DNA of 64,000 nt from positions 1-64,000 of the forward strand of contig NW_014577076.1 of assembly GCF_000485595.1 (NCBI RefSeq), given 5' to 3'. How positions within the stretch are numbered: the first letter of the stretch is position 1; each line of letters starts with the position of its first letter. Source of the stretch: Priapulus caudatus. Its lineage: Eukaryota. A program made the position numbers and the translations under genes. The notes beneath the pieces were generated by a model. The model ran no database searches, had not been told where the DNA came from, and saw only the letters and a program-made list of their open reading frames with translations. Positions 27,356 through 37,166 of this stretch are shown one piece after another.

Positions 27356-27925
27356 ATGGAAAGTTACGTCTTTGAAGGAGCGCGCGGGCTTGATAGCGCT
27401 GGGATGGAGGAGACGCGAGATGAAACAGCTACCGACGAGGAAGAAATAGAGATTAAGAAAAGGCTGCAGGCCGCAGGGCATTTGCTGCAGAGGACAGAGA
27501 AGGAAGCGGCTCGAATCGCCACGAAAAGGGAGATAAGACGAGCAACCCAGTAAGTTCGCCAGAGCGAAGAGATCGTCGCCGGCATCTTGCAGGCGACGCT
27601 CCTGCGAGTGGAACAGGAAGCTATGGAGCGCGAGATCATCGCGAAGCGAGAACGAGATGACCGCAACGCGGAACTCGCTGCTACGGGGGAGAAGGAACGG
27701 CTGGACGAGTCCGCCCTTTACCTCGAACAGCAACGCGAGGCTGAGGCGGCCACCCTCCGCTGCCAAGAGCAACGCGCATGCACGAGGAAGGAAGCGGTGG
27801 ACGCGTCCGACGCAGAGCAGCGGCCGGAACGGGTGGAGGCTGGATTAGATAAACTACACCGACAGCAGTTGGCACAAGTAGACGGATCTGTGGGCGCAGG
27901 GCTTGCCCTGCATGCTGAGGGATAG
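27356..27925 (+). pseudogene. Extra E/R/A-rich, coiled-coil-like ORF downstream of pol in Gypsy C
   Basis: ORFs 27356-27553 and 27587-27925 are in the same frame, separated by one TAA. Further GC-rich ORF pieces follow at 27976-28284 and 28621-29241. Confidence 0.5.
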
Positions 27926-28490
27926 ATGAGCGACAATGACGACGCCGCCGATCGATCCAGCACCCGCCGACAGCCATGATACGCCGCACAGAAAGAGCCA
28001 CGCCGCCAAAATGCAGACCGAGAGGGGGAGCGACAGGCACAGCGAGGTGGGACGACGCTGACACCGGACGGCAGACCCCGACCCAGATGGAGTTGCCGGC
28101 CGGACACGGACCAGGGCGGACGATCTTCGTCGGCGCGCCTCTGCCTCTGTACGACCTATCTTCAGTAGGTTGGGCGTGGTGCGTGGCCTGCCGGGCACTC
28201 ACCCGGCACCCCGAGGCACACCACGAGGAATTGCATATTCTACAGGGGGATGTCGTATCGCTAGCGTTAGCGAAATGCGCATAGCATTCGGCCCACCTCG
28301 GTCACCACCGAACGCTATGCGCATTGGGAATGCGTACGTCACAGGTCAACAGAAATGGCGCTCAATATATCCGCCGCTTGTCACTTCGAATTTGTGTAAC
28401 ACGTTATATTAGTTTAATACAGAGTATTGTGATACATAGTAAGTTCCAGGATAGCGGAGCAAGGTTCGTATTAAGAATAACGTGGAGAGA

Positions 28491-28523
28491 CCCTAACCCT
28501 AACCCTAACCCTAACCCTAACCC
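28491..28523. repeat. Interstitial telomeric repeat (CCCTAA)5
   Basis: Seen directly. Confidence 0.95.
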
Positions 28524-29875
28524 AGGTTGGAAGTTCTAGTCTCTGAAAACGCACCAGGGGTTCCTCCACAGAAAACCATAGGCTCGCGTTGTAACCCTAT
28601 CCTGTGTTTGGGTTACATTATTGTATCTAGGTGCAGTCGTGGGGTGGCACCTGTCCCTGATACATAAGAAGACTAAAGATTTTAAGCGGGCCAGCCCGCA
28701 TTACTGGCCGCCCGGAGTGGGCAGATGGACAGGATATACCGGAGGAGACGTGGGGTACCACGCCGCTGGACCGAATCTGAGCCCCTACTACCCTCCGGGA
28801 ACTTGCTCTCACATCCGGGCGGACTCCTACCCAAGGAGGCAGGGCGCGACCGCTAAAGGAGGGAGAAAACAAAGCCGACAAGCAACGGACGACGTCGGAC
28901 GACCGCGGCGCAGCGTCACGACAGAGACGGAGCGTCAGGTGACATTTGCGACAACCGACGACGATAGACAACAGTCCGGAGGAGCGACAGCGTCCGGGGA
29001 TTCCGGGTCACAACTAACACCGGAACCAACGCAGAGGCAGGGACTCCTTGCCACGCCCGTCCTGAACCGCCAGCCGCCACTGATCGTCGCCGCCAGCGAG
29101 TGGGGATCGGTAGTAGACGGACGCTTCTGTCGGCCGATGATTTGTCCAGACGTCGACATAGTGACCGAAATGTCTGATGCGGACTTGCGGAAAGCCGAGG
29201 TCCGGGCACTCGAAATCACCTCTTACGGAGTGCGACTGTAAACGGCGACGGGGAAAGAAGTGAGAAGGAAATTGCGAAGCGGCGCCGAGCAAGCAGAACG
29301 AGGCGCGCAGTAGTAAAGGAAAGAAGCACCGAAGAGAGGGCTCCGCGCGGACGACGTCGGCAGAGAAAACCTCCACAGTGGCAACCTGGACAGGAATTCC
29401 AAGTAATGACGCAGAAACTTCCGGAGCGGGAGCAGGACGACGACGGAGCCTTCCGGCCGCGACAGCAACGACGAGGGATGGAGCGGAGCAGCAGGGCGTC
29501 CCCGTGCTGTGCGCGGGGGAACGACGGCGCTGCGTAGAGACTCTCCCCGGGTGGCTCCGCGGCCGGGCGCAATGCTCCGATGTTCAGCGGGGAGCAGCCT
29601 AGTTAGTGGGAAGCCTAGCCGTTATGGATCCCCAATAGCCGCTCCTGTAAGCTTCCTATAGTGGGCTGGTAGATTAGCCACCGGTTTAAAGTGAAGAATA
29701 TTTTGGTCATATAGGGGATATGTCTCGGGTGTATAATCTTTTGGGGGAAGCATCATAGCATGGACATGTAGTCGAAGTGGGAGAGTTGTGGGAGACTAGG
29801 TTCGTGTCTGCCGTTTCCATACTTCCGGGGGATACCCGACTCAGGAGAGTTCGGTGTCTTAGTGGGGGTGGGGAG

Positions 29876-30439
29876 TGTGGCAGATACGTCTAGCTCTCCC
29901 ATCAATCCTACGTGATCTCGACGACCTCTGGTAGAGCAAAAACATTACGTGATCTCGACGACCCTGTCGAGGAATTTACGTCCGGTATGTTCGCGCGCGC
30001 GGGAAGCGAGATATTACCCAGAAGGCGCGATATATAAAGGCTGGCCGTGCGGCCACGGGGAGAAGTTAGTATCACTAGCTCGAGAAAAGTTAGTATCGCT
30101 AGCTCGGGAGAAGTTAGTATCGCTAACTCAGGCGAGTTGGCACCGTCAGCTCCGCGAGGAGAGTTGTAACATTGAAAGGGCTGGTGGTGTGTTGTACACG
30201 CCGCCAGTGAGTGGGAATAAACCTTGCGTTATCCGTACTTCATCTGTGCTGTATTCATCTGCTAGTGCCTTTCTGCGCGACCCTTCGAACTTCCAATCCG
30301 CCGGAATCAGCGTAAGGTTTGAGCGTACCTTACCAGGAAAACGCGTCTAGCGACAGTAAGGCGATCACAGGCCAACGAAAGCCCGGCAACGCTAGCCGAG
30401 GTGCCACGTCAGTTTGACGTGGGACGGGAAAACGCCACA
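29876..30439 (+). repeat. 3' LTR of Gypsy C
   Basis: Matches the 5' LTR with roughly 25 substitutions plus indels (by-eye count). Confidence 0.97.
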
Positions 30440-30536
30440 ATATAAAAAATGAAAAATAAAAAATAAAAAAATAAAAATAATACATAGTAAAGAGGAAAAG
30501 GGAAAGGGAAAAAAGGAAAAAAAGGGGAAAATAAGT

Positions 30537-30607
30537 TCCCCAGCTGGGACTCGAACCCGGAACCCCGGTGTAGGAGACGGATGTTCTAGCGATTAGGCCA
30601 CTGCGCC
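30537..30607 (-). pseudogene. tRNA-derived sequence resembling tRNA-Arg(CCT) (pseudogene or SINE head)
   Basis: Minus strand GGCGCAGTGGCCTAATCGCTAGAACATCCGTCTCCTACACCGGGGTTCCGGGTTCGAGTCCCAGCTGGGG: A box, CTCCTA loop and B box GGTTCGAGTCC. Stems pair imperfectly. Confidence 0.65.
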
Positions 30608-30840
30608 GTTTAGGGTATACAATGGATTCACAAGTACGTGATGTTAATCTGTGTGCACCGCCATCTATTGATGAATAGAATGTTTATGAATTTTTAACTT
30701 TTTAACTTTTTTTTATTTTTGTTTCAGCCAGAACCATCTCCCAGCCGTGCTGATTGTCAAAATATCTTTAGTTTTTCTCTAGGCTGCGGAGTTCTCTAGT
30801 TATGTGTACGAACTAATTCGGCTGAATACCTTTAGCTCAT

Positions 30841-31112
30841 AGGGTCTATGTTCCACAGGGTACTGCCGGAACGTATCCTGGGTACGGTCCGGTATACCGG
30901 AACGTACCCTGGTAACTATTTGATATGGTTAGGGTTAGGGTTAGGGTTAGGGTTAGGGTTAGGATTAGGGAGTAGGCGTAGGCGACTCCCTAGACTCGTT
31001 AGTGGAGTAGGCGAGGTACGGTCCGGCATATTAGATAGTACCAGAGTACGTTCCGGTATACCGGACCGTACCCAGGGTACGTTCCGGCAGTACCCTGGGG
31101 GACATAGACCCT
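30841..31112. mobile_element. MITE with ~80-bp TIRs and internal (TTAGGG)n
   Basis: AGGGTCTATG..CAGGGTACTGCCGGAACGTA and TACGTTCCGGCAGTACCCTG..CATAGACCCT; about 7 TTAGGG-type units at 30927-30970. Confidence 0.9.
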
Positions 31113-31547
31113 CTCAGCACAACGCTCTATATATAGACAAGTTGGTAACGATGTGACGTGAACTCTACTGAGAAATATCGAAATGTAACAACTATATATA
31201 TGTAAGTGAATGCTGTTATCATAACTCTGTGTACTGTGTACCTTATCAACTTCAGATTACTGATTGGCTTTGCTCTATGGTAAGATTTCAGCCTGACGCA
31301 GCAAAATACCACAAAATGGGCGCGCTTGTACACATACGAGTCGCATGATGTGATAACGGGGGTGCAGAAACGCAAGATTTGTAAAACAAACAATGTTCAA
31401 ATGTCGCTTTGCTTTTCCATTTTTTTTCAGAGCGAGACGAAAAGAATAATTATTATTTGCAAGCGTGCCACGCCGCGGAAACGTGTTTCTATACACGTAG
31501 GCTTATAAAATTCGCATTTCTTATCTATCTCGCCACTAGATAAAATG

Positions 31548-31920
31548 ACGCACCACGCACGCACCATCCACGCACGCACGCACGCACACTTGCACCTCCG
31601 CGCGCATGCACGCACATTCACGCATGCCCGAACGCATGTCGGCACGCTTGCATGCAGGCACGCACGCACGCACACTTGCACCTCCGCGCGCATGCACGCA
31701 CATTTACGCATGCCCGAACGCATGTCGGCACGCCTGCAGGCACGCAGGCACGCACGCACGCACGCACAGTTGCACCTACCGGTATCCCCGCGCACGCTGG
31801 CACATTCACGTATGCCCGAACGCATGTAGGCACGCATGCAGGCACGCACGCACGCACGCACGAACGTGCGCACATACAAACTCCAACACCCGCCGCGGGT
31901 ACACACACGCGCACATGCGT
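31548..31920. repeat. (GCAC)n-based degenerate repeat with higher-order units
   Basis: CACATTCACGCATGCCCGAACGCATGTCGGCACG recurs three times. Confidence 0.85.
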
Positions 31921-32094
31921 TTAAAGAAAGCATAGGGGACGCGCGCATATACGCACACTCTATAAGCAGTTCATTGCAGCTGATATTTTAGTCGTAAATG
32001 CAGAAGATGTTTGATAAGAATAGTCAGCAGTTGGGGCTACGTGACCGAGCCGGGGTCGCGGGATCGCAGGTAGACATGAGATCATCGGGTGAGT

Positions 32095-32604
32095 CAGGGC
32101 GGATCCAGGGCTGAAGCTAGACAGTATTTTTCCAGATTTTAGGGGCACATCCCCCAAAAAGGGCACACCACCCCCACAGTGGGCGCCGTTAGGCGCGGAA
32201 GCACATGGCGGGGGGTCTGGGGTCTTGGGTCAAAATTTCAAGGGTCCCTGAGCACAAAAATGAGCACTATTTGAGCACACATTTAGTCAAGCAGCAATAG
32301 CTAAAAACCATATGGAATTTTATTTCTGCTTCATTTTGCCTGCGCTTTGCATACCAGTAATTAATGCAGAATGATTCAAGCACTTCCCTTCTTTTTCAGA
32401 TATCAAAGCTAGTTTTGTTACCATGTAAAATTTTGATTTCTTTCAAGTCCTATCAATAAATTAGAAGAAAAAGAAAACACATAAAGAATATAGCCAAATT
32501 CCATCAAATTGTTTTCTGTATTTTTTAGCGCAAAATTTCGAAGGGCACATTGAAATCTAGACCGTATTTCCCAATACGGCAAATACGGTCTGAATCCGCC
32601 CCTG
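32095..32604. mobile_element. hAT-like MITE
   Basis: Termini CAGGGCGGATCCAG and CTGAATCCGCCCCTG. The 8-mer GTGAGTCA overlaps both junctions. Confidence 0.6.
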
Positions 32605-32774
32605 TGAGTCAACGTGAAATGACAGGTGCGATAATGCTATCATGTGCGATGGCTGGATTTTACAGTGCACACGAACTAAACTCATAAGAAATTTGGCGAG
32701 TAGAAAAATCCACGTACTGACTCCGTGATAAAGAGCCTTTATATAGTATGAGAAATTGCAGTAACGCCATTTAA

Positions 32775-33285
32775 AGCCGCACTATGCGCATCTACACGCT
32801 AATTTCTCCAGTACTAGACTAACAAATACTTCGTGTCATGCAGAATCATACTACCTTATGACAAAATAAACTCTAGTTCCTCCCATTTCACTGTGCGTTG
32901 TCTTATAAAAGGCATTTGAAAATACCTCCAATGTTGTTCAAATTCTCCGATGTTGTTGACAGTTTCGCGTTGCTCTCCCAAGCAACCGTGCAGCGGTGCT
33001 GCGTTACAGCGGTGCTGCGGTAGAGCGGTACGGGTGTAGCAAAGATAAAAACATGTGACGTCACCTAACCGCTTCGAGGCTAAATTGTTTGGCAAACAAG
33101 TCGGCGTTGCATGGCGCCAGATTACCAGATTTCGCACCTCTTTCTTGTGGGTTTTAAGCAAACGCGCAGTGAAATGGGAGGAACTAGAGTTTATTTTGCC
33201 ATAAGGTAGTGTGATTATGCATGGCACAAAGTATTTGCTAGTTTAGTACTGGAGAAATTAGCGTTTGGATGCGCATAGTGCGGCT
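32775..33285. mobile_element. MITE with ~130-bp TIRs and TTAA TSD (Kolobok-like)
   Basis: TTAA|AGCCGCACTATGCGCATC ... GATGCGCATAGTGCGGCT|TTAA. AG..CT termini fit Kolobok rather than piggyBac (CC..GG). Confidence 0.85.
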
Positions 33286-33303
33286 TTAAGGAGAACGTTA
33301 TTC

Positions 33304-33544
33304 AGAGAGAGAGAGAGAGTGAGAGAGAGAGATAGAGAGAAAGAGCGAGAGAGAGAGAGAGAGAGAAAAAAAGAGAAAGAGCGAGAGAGAGAGAGAGAAA
33401 GAAAAAGAGAGAGAGAGACAGATATATATATATATAGAGAGAGAGAGGGGGGGAGAGAGACAGACAGGGAGTAGACAATAACAGAGAGTAAGACGAAGAG
33501 AGATATAAGTGAAAGAGAAAGAAAGAAAGAGAGAGAGAGGGGGC

Positions 33545-33604
<60 letters not shown>

Positions 33605-33750
33605 AAAAGGGGTGAGAGAAGGTGGCAGGATGCGAGCTAGGGGAGAGAGGGAGGAGGAGAAGATGTAGCGGAGAAAGGGAAGAGGGACGAGAATGAGGAG
33701 AAGACATAGTGAAGAGGGGGAGAAGAGCAAGGTAGGGGAGAGCGGGAGGA
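33304..33750. repeat. (GA)n purine-rich microsatellite
   Basis: Seen directly. Confidence 0.97.
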
Positions 33751-35376
33751 AGAGAAACGTAGCCGGAGAGATGGTTACGTTAATCTGTACGCACCGCCAT
33801 CTTTTGATGAATAGAATTTTTATGAACTTTTTTACTTTTTTAAATATTTCTTTCAGCTAGAACCACCTCCCAGACGTGCTGATTCTGAAAATATCTTTAG
33901 TTTTTCTGTAGGCTGCGGAGTTCTCTAGTTATGCGAGTACGAACTAATTCGGCTGAACAACTTTATATATATAGACACTTTTCTACCGTCCATATAGCCG
34001 TGCGTATATTAGCCTATGAGCGATACCGCGCGTATATTTTTGGTAATTAATTAAACTATTCCTGCTTCAATAAACTCAAAATTCACAAACACCACAGCTA
34101 AGACATCTGTTTATATGTATCTAGAATTTTAGAAATGTAACTCAAATCGTTCGCACCATATGATAGTTAGTACACTTTCCTACGGCCCATAGTGGTGGTG
34201 GTTCTAGCGCATTGTCATTGGTGTCTAGCGCATGGTGGTGGTGGTGGTGGTGGTGATGGTGGTGGTGGGGGGGGGGGTTAACGGCTGTTTACAATGCGCC
34301 AGCGGGCTCAATAGGAGCGGCGGCCGCCATATGAGCCCGAGGCTACGTTATCGCTCCACGTACGTAGGTCAAAGGTTGCACACTGCGCGCGGAAAACCGT
34401 GTTTCTGCAAACTACTATCGTATCGTTCGTATATTCGATATATGTATATATAGAAAAGAAAAGACTAGCGCCGTTGTCGCTTTTATTACCAATCAGTTTT
34501 TTTTCACTTGATAGCTCTAGAGTGTGTCGCACAATAATAGTCAAACATGAGATGTATTGTATCAAGAGCTAATAATACCTATTATTATAAGTATTATAAT
34601 AGGTATTATTAGCTCTTGATTGTACTGATATATAATGACGTCACTGTAAGCCAGCAGGTGGGGCTCACTCGTATGCTGATAAAGGAATTACACAACACAA
34701 GCTTACTGACTATAAGCTATATTCTGACGACCACATTCGGCTACTACACGGATCAGAGAAACCTGATAAGACATAGACATATCAACAGTGCTCGAGAAAA
34801 CATACTGTGGTAGAGTGACAGAAGCAGCCGCGACGACCGGTGTTGACAACCATAGATCTAGGAAATATACTTCGCCGAAATTCAACTATCAATCGTTATT
34901 ACGTACAGTATGTTCAACTTGTCGATGAAACCAGACAAATTGCTACAAAGTCGTATTGTCAATTTGTTTGTTTCCCTAATAACGGAGGAAGACTGTTATC
35001 ACTCCTTCCTTTAAACCCCATGCAACGTTGTGTTGCCAAAGGAATAGAGATTCATATAATGACGAATCGAACCACGAGAAGCTGGAAATTGCGATAAGTG
35101 CATGTTCAGATTCCACCATGTACTGTATATGGAACATTTGACACTAATTCCATAATTAATTGGGGGTTCGCCATGCTCGCAGAGATAATCATTTTGGGGG
35201 AAATCTCTTCTGGAAAGCAGTGATGAGCTAAATGCTGAACTTCGAACATCACCTAGGAAGGAAGGTCAGTATCAGAACTCCAGCTCAACTTCTTCTGTAC
35301 ATTAGTATCCGTACATGCACTTGCCGATATTATCTGCCAGTCGTGTGCATAGCACGCTAAGCGTCGTTCTTTCCTA

Positions 35377-35787
35377 TTACAGTTCGCTCGAATCTTCTTC
35401 GTCCGCCATTCGGACGGAACCATTCGGTTGTTCCGTCTGCGTGGTTACGCTCGCATGTCTCCTCGCTTCGTGTTGAAACACACATCGACTGTGTATCGCC
35501 TCCGTATAGCACGCACGAAATGTACTGTCTGTCAGTCCATACAGGACCGGGTTTAATGCGCTCGTAGAGTGCGACATCACAGTAATGACGTTGACAGTAG
35601 TCTGCGAGAGGCGCACTGACGTGCTGAAGGCTTCGATGGTGTAAAGAAGGAAGAGGGGATACCAGAGCACCAGGAAGACGAGCGAGATAATGGCGAACAT
35701 TTGTGTTGTTTTTAATTCGCGCTGCCACGTGACATTGTCAACGTGCCTCTCCGTGCGCATCTCAACGGGTCTTATCTGATCTCGTTG
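35377..35787 (-). CDS. Rhodopsin-class GPCR (adenosine-receptor-like), last coding exon: ICL3, TM6, TM7, C-tail
   Basis: RELKTTQMFAIISLVFLVLWYPL (TM6), MSHSTSALNPVLYG (NPxxY), FR in helix 8. Acceptor TTTTCTTTGCAG at 35788, phase 0, matching the upstream exon. Confidence 0.9.
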   Translation of the reverse strand, partial: QRDQIRPVEMRTERHVDNVTWQRELKTTQMFAIISLVFLVLWYPLFLLYTIEAFSTSVRLSQTTVNVITVMSHSTSALNPVLYGLTDSTFRACYTEAIHSRCVFQHEARRHASVTTQTEQPNGSVRMADEEDSSEL

Positions 35788-36099
35788 CTGCAAAGAAAAG
35801 ACAAAATAGGTAATTAGCTACATTGATTGCGTGACGAATCTATCACAGGTCATCCATAGCTACTATACAATAGCTGCTAGCAGTCGTTGTGAAATCTGTG
35901 ATGAGAAATATACATTCTATAAAACCTCATTCCATTTCATCTATGTTTTGTTACGTGCCCACTATGTGTAACTATTATTAACCACTGCCTACGTAAATTT
36001 TATTCCAGATCTTACATAATCTGTTGTAGTGTGCCCACACCTCTAGTTCTATACAGTAGGAATATCGGTAATTAATTCCTCTGTGGTAAAACTGCTTAC

Positions 36100-36223
36100 G
36101 TCAAGGCAAACGTTGTAGACGATAGCCCCGTACAGAATGAGCATCAAACCAAAGGACGGAGTGAGAAAGACGACATTGCAGTAAGCGATGAAGCGCACGT
36201 CGATCAGCGAGTCGAAGAAACAT
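36100..36223 (-). CDS. GPCR internal exon: ECL2 Cys and TM5
   Basis: CFFDSLIDVRFIAYCNVVFLTPSFGLMLILYGAIVYNVCLD. Acceptor CTTTCTTTCTTGCAG, donor GTAAG at 36099-36095; splices in frame to the exon at 35787. Confidence 0.88.
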
Positions 36224-36244
36224 CTGCAAGAAAGAAAGGTACGG

Positions 36245-36688
36245 CTATAGACCAATACATGACAAGGTGCGTCTATAGCCCAATACGTGACCAGGTGCGT
36301 CTATAGACCAATACATGACAAGGTGCGTCTATAGCCCAATACGTGACCAGGTGCGTCTATAGACCAATACGTGTCAAGGTGCGTCTATAGATCAATACAT
36401 GACAAGGTGCGTCTATAGCCCAATACATGGCAAGGTGCGTCTATAGCCCAATACATGACAAGGTGCGTCTATAGCCCAATACATAACAAGGTGCGTCTAT
36501 AGCCCAATACATGAAAAAGTGCGTCTATAGACCAATACATGACAAGGTGCGTCTATAGCCCAATACGTGACAAGATGCGTCTATAGCCCAATACATGACA
36601 AGGTGCGTCTATAGCCCAATACATGACAAGGTGCGTCTATAGCCCAATACATGACAAGGTGCGTCTATAGACCAATACATGACAAGGT
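36245..36688. repeat. 28-bp minisatellite, 16 copies (last one truncated), intronic
   Basis: CTATAG(C/A)CCAATACATGACAAGGTGCGT at exact 28-bp period, with no spacers. Confidence 0.98.
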
Positions 36689-37115
36689 TTCACATCGCAA
36701 TGGGTCGCCAGGCGTCGCCCATCACGCCAACACACTAGCCGTGGAAGGTTCTTCATCGACTGTAGACTGATCTCTCAAGGGATCGAAAGCATAAAAACCT
36801 TTATCGGAAAACGGAAAATACGGGTGTCGTTCATGCATCCGTGAGCAATATTGGCGCACCAAGAATACACTTTCATAATTCGATAAAATAAAAAGGTATA
36901 GTCGAATCAATTATCAGCACGCGAACTTCAAACCCAACGAGCCTTACTGAAAACGAGAGATTTATGTCCCACCGTGTCTATACAGGCCTAAGTGTAAATC
37001 AATCAGGGCTGCCTGCCTGCGTTCATCATTGCACGCGTACAAGCGCAGTAATTACAGCAAGTAAAATGTTCTATTGCGACAACTCGTCGGTTTGAAGCGT
37101 CTCACCGTGAATTAT

Positions 37116-37164
<49 letters not shown>

Positions 37165-37166
<2 letters not shown>

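Larger units (their letters stand above)
19477..30439 (+). mobile_element. Full-length (~11 kb) decayed Ty3/Gypsy LTR retrotransposon C
   Basis: Paired LTRs TGTGGC...GCCACA, 4-bp TSD ATAT (19473-19476 and 30440-30443), PBS TGGAGCCGTGACC at ~20034, PPT AGTGGGGGTGGGGAG at 29861-29875, domain order gag-PR-RT-RH-IN. Confidence 0.97.
19058..33975 (-). mobile_element. Non-autonomous composite Helitron-like element
   Basis: Minus strand begins TCTATATATATAAAG at 33975 and ends with a GC-rich hairpin CCCGGGCAATGCCGGG followed by CTAG (19061-19058) and then T. There is no TSD. Removing it restores GAAAAGTG|TACTA as in the sister subrepeat at ~18633. Confidence 0.75.
18212..34429. mobile_element. Non-autonomous foldback/long-TIR element (~1.3 kb when reconstituted), split by a ~14.9-kb insertion
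   Basis: 18212-18420 is the reverse complement of ~34230-34429 (AGTAGTTTGCAGAAACA...GGCGGCCGCC). Internal subrepeats run forward at 18430-18840 and reverse at 18905-19057 and 33976-34190. Confidence 0.85.

Noticed and set aside
26978..27772. 264-aa minus-strand ORF as an antisense gene
   Set aside because: L/S/F-rich shadow of the purine-rich plus-strand ORF, with no recognisable motif.
30537..30607. Functional tRNA gene
   Set aside because: Acceptor, D and anticodon stems pair poorly, and it lies inside a repeat.
28491..30970. TTAGGG tracts as true telomeres or fusion sites
   Set aside because: Only 5-7 units each, embedded in small elements.
36245..36688. 28-bp repeat array as CRISPR
   Set aside because: Units are head-to-tail with no unique spacers, there are no cas genes, and the context is a eukaryotic intron.
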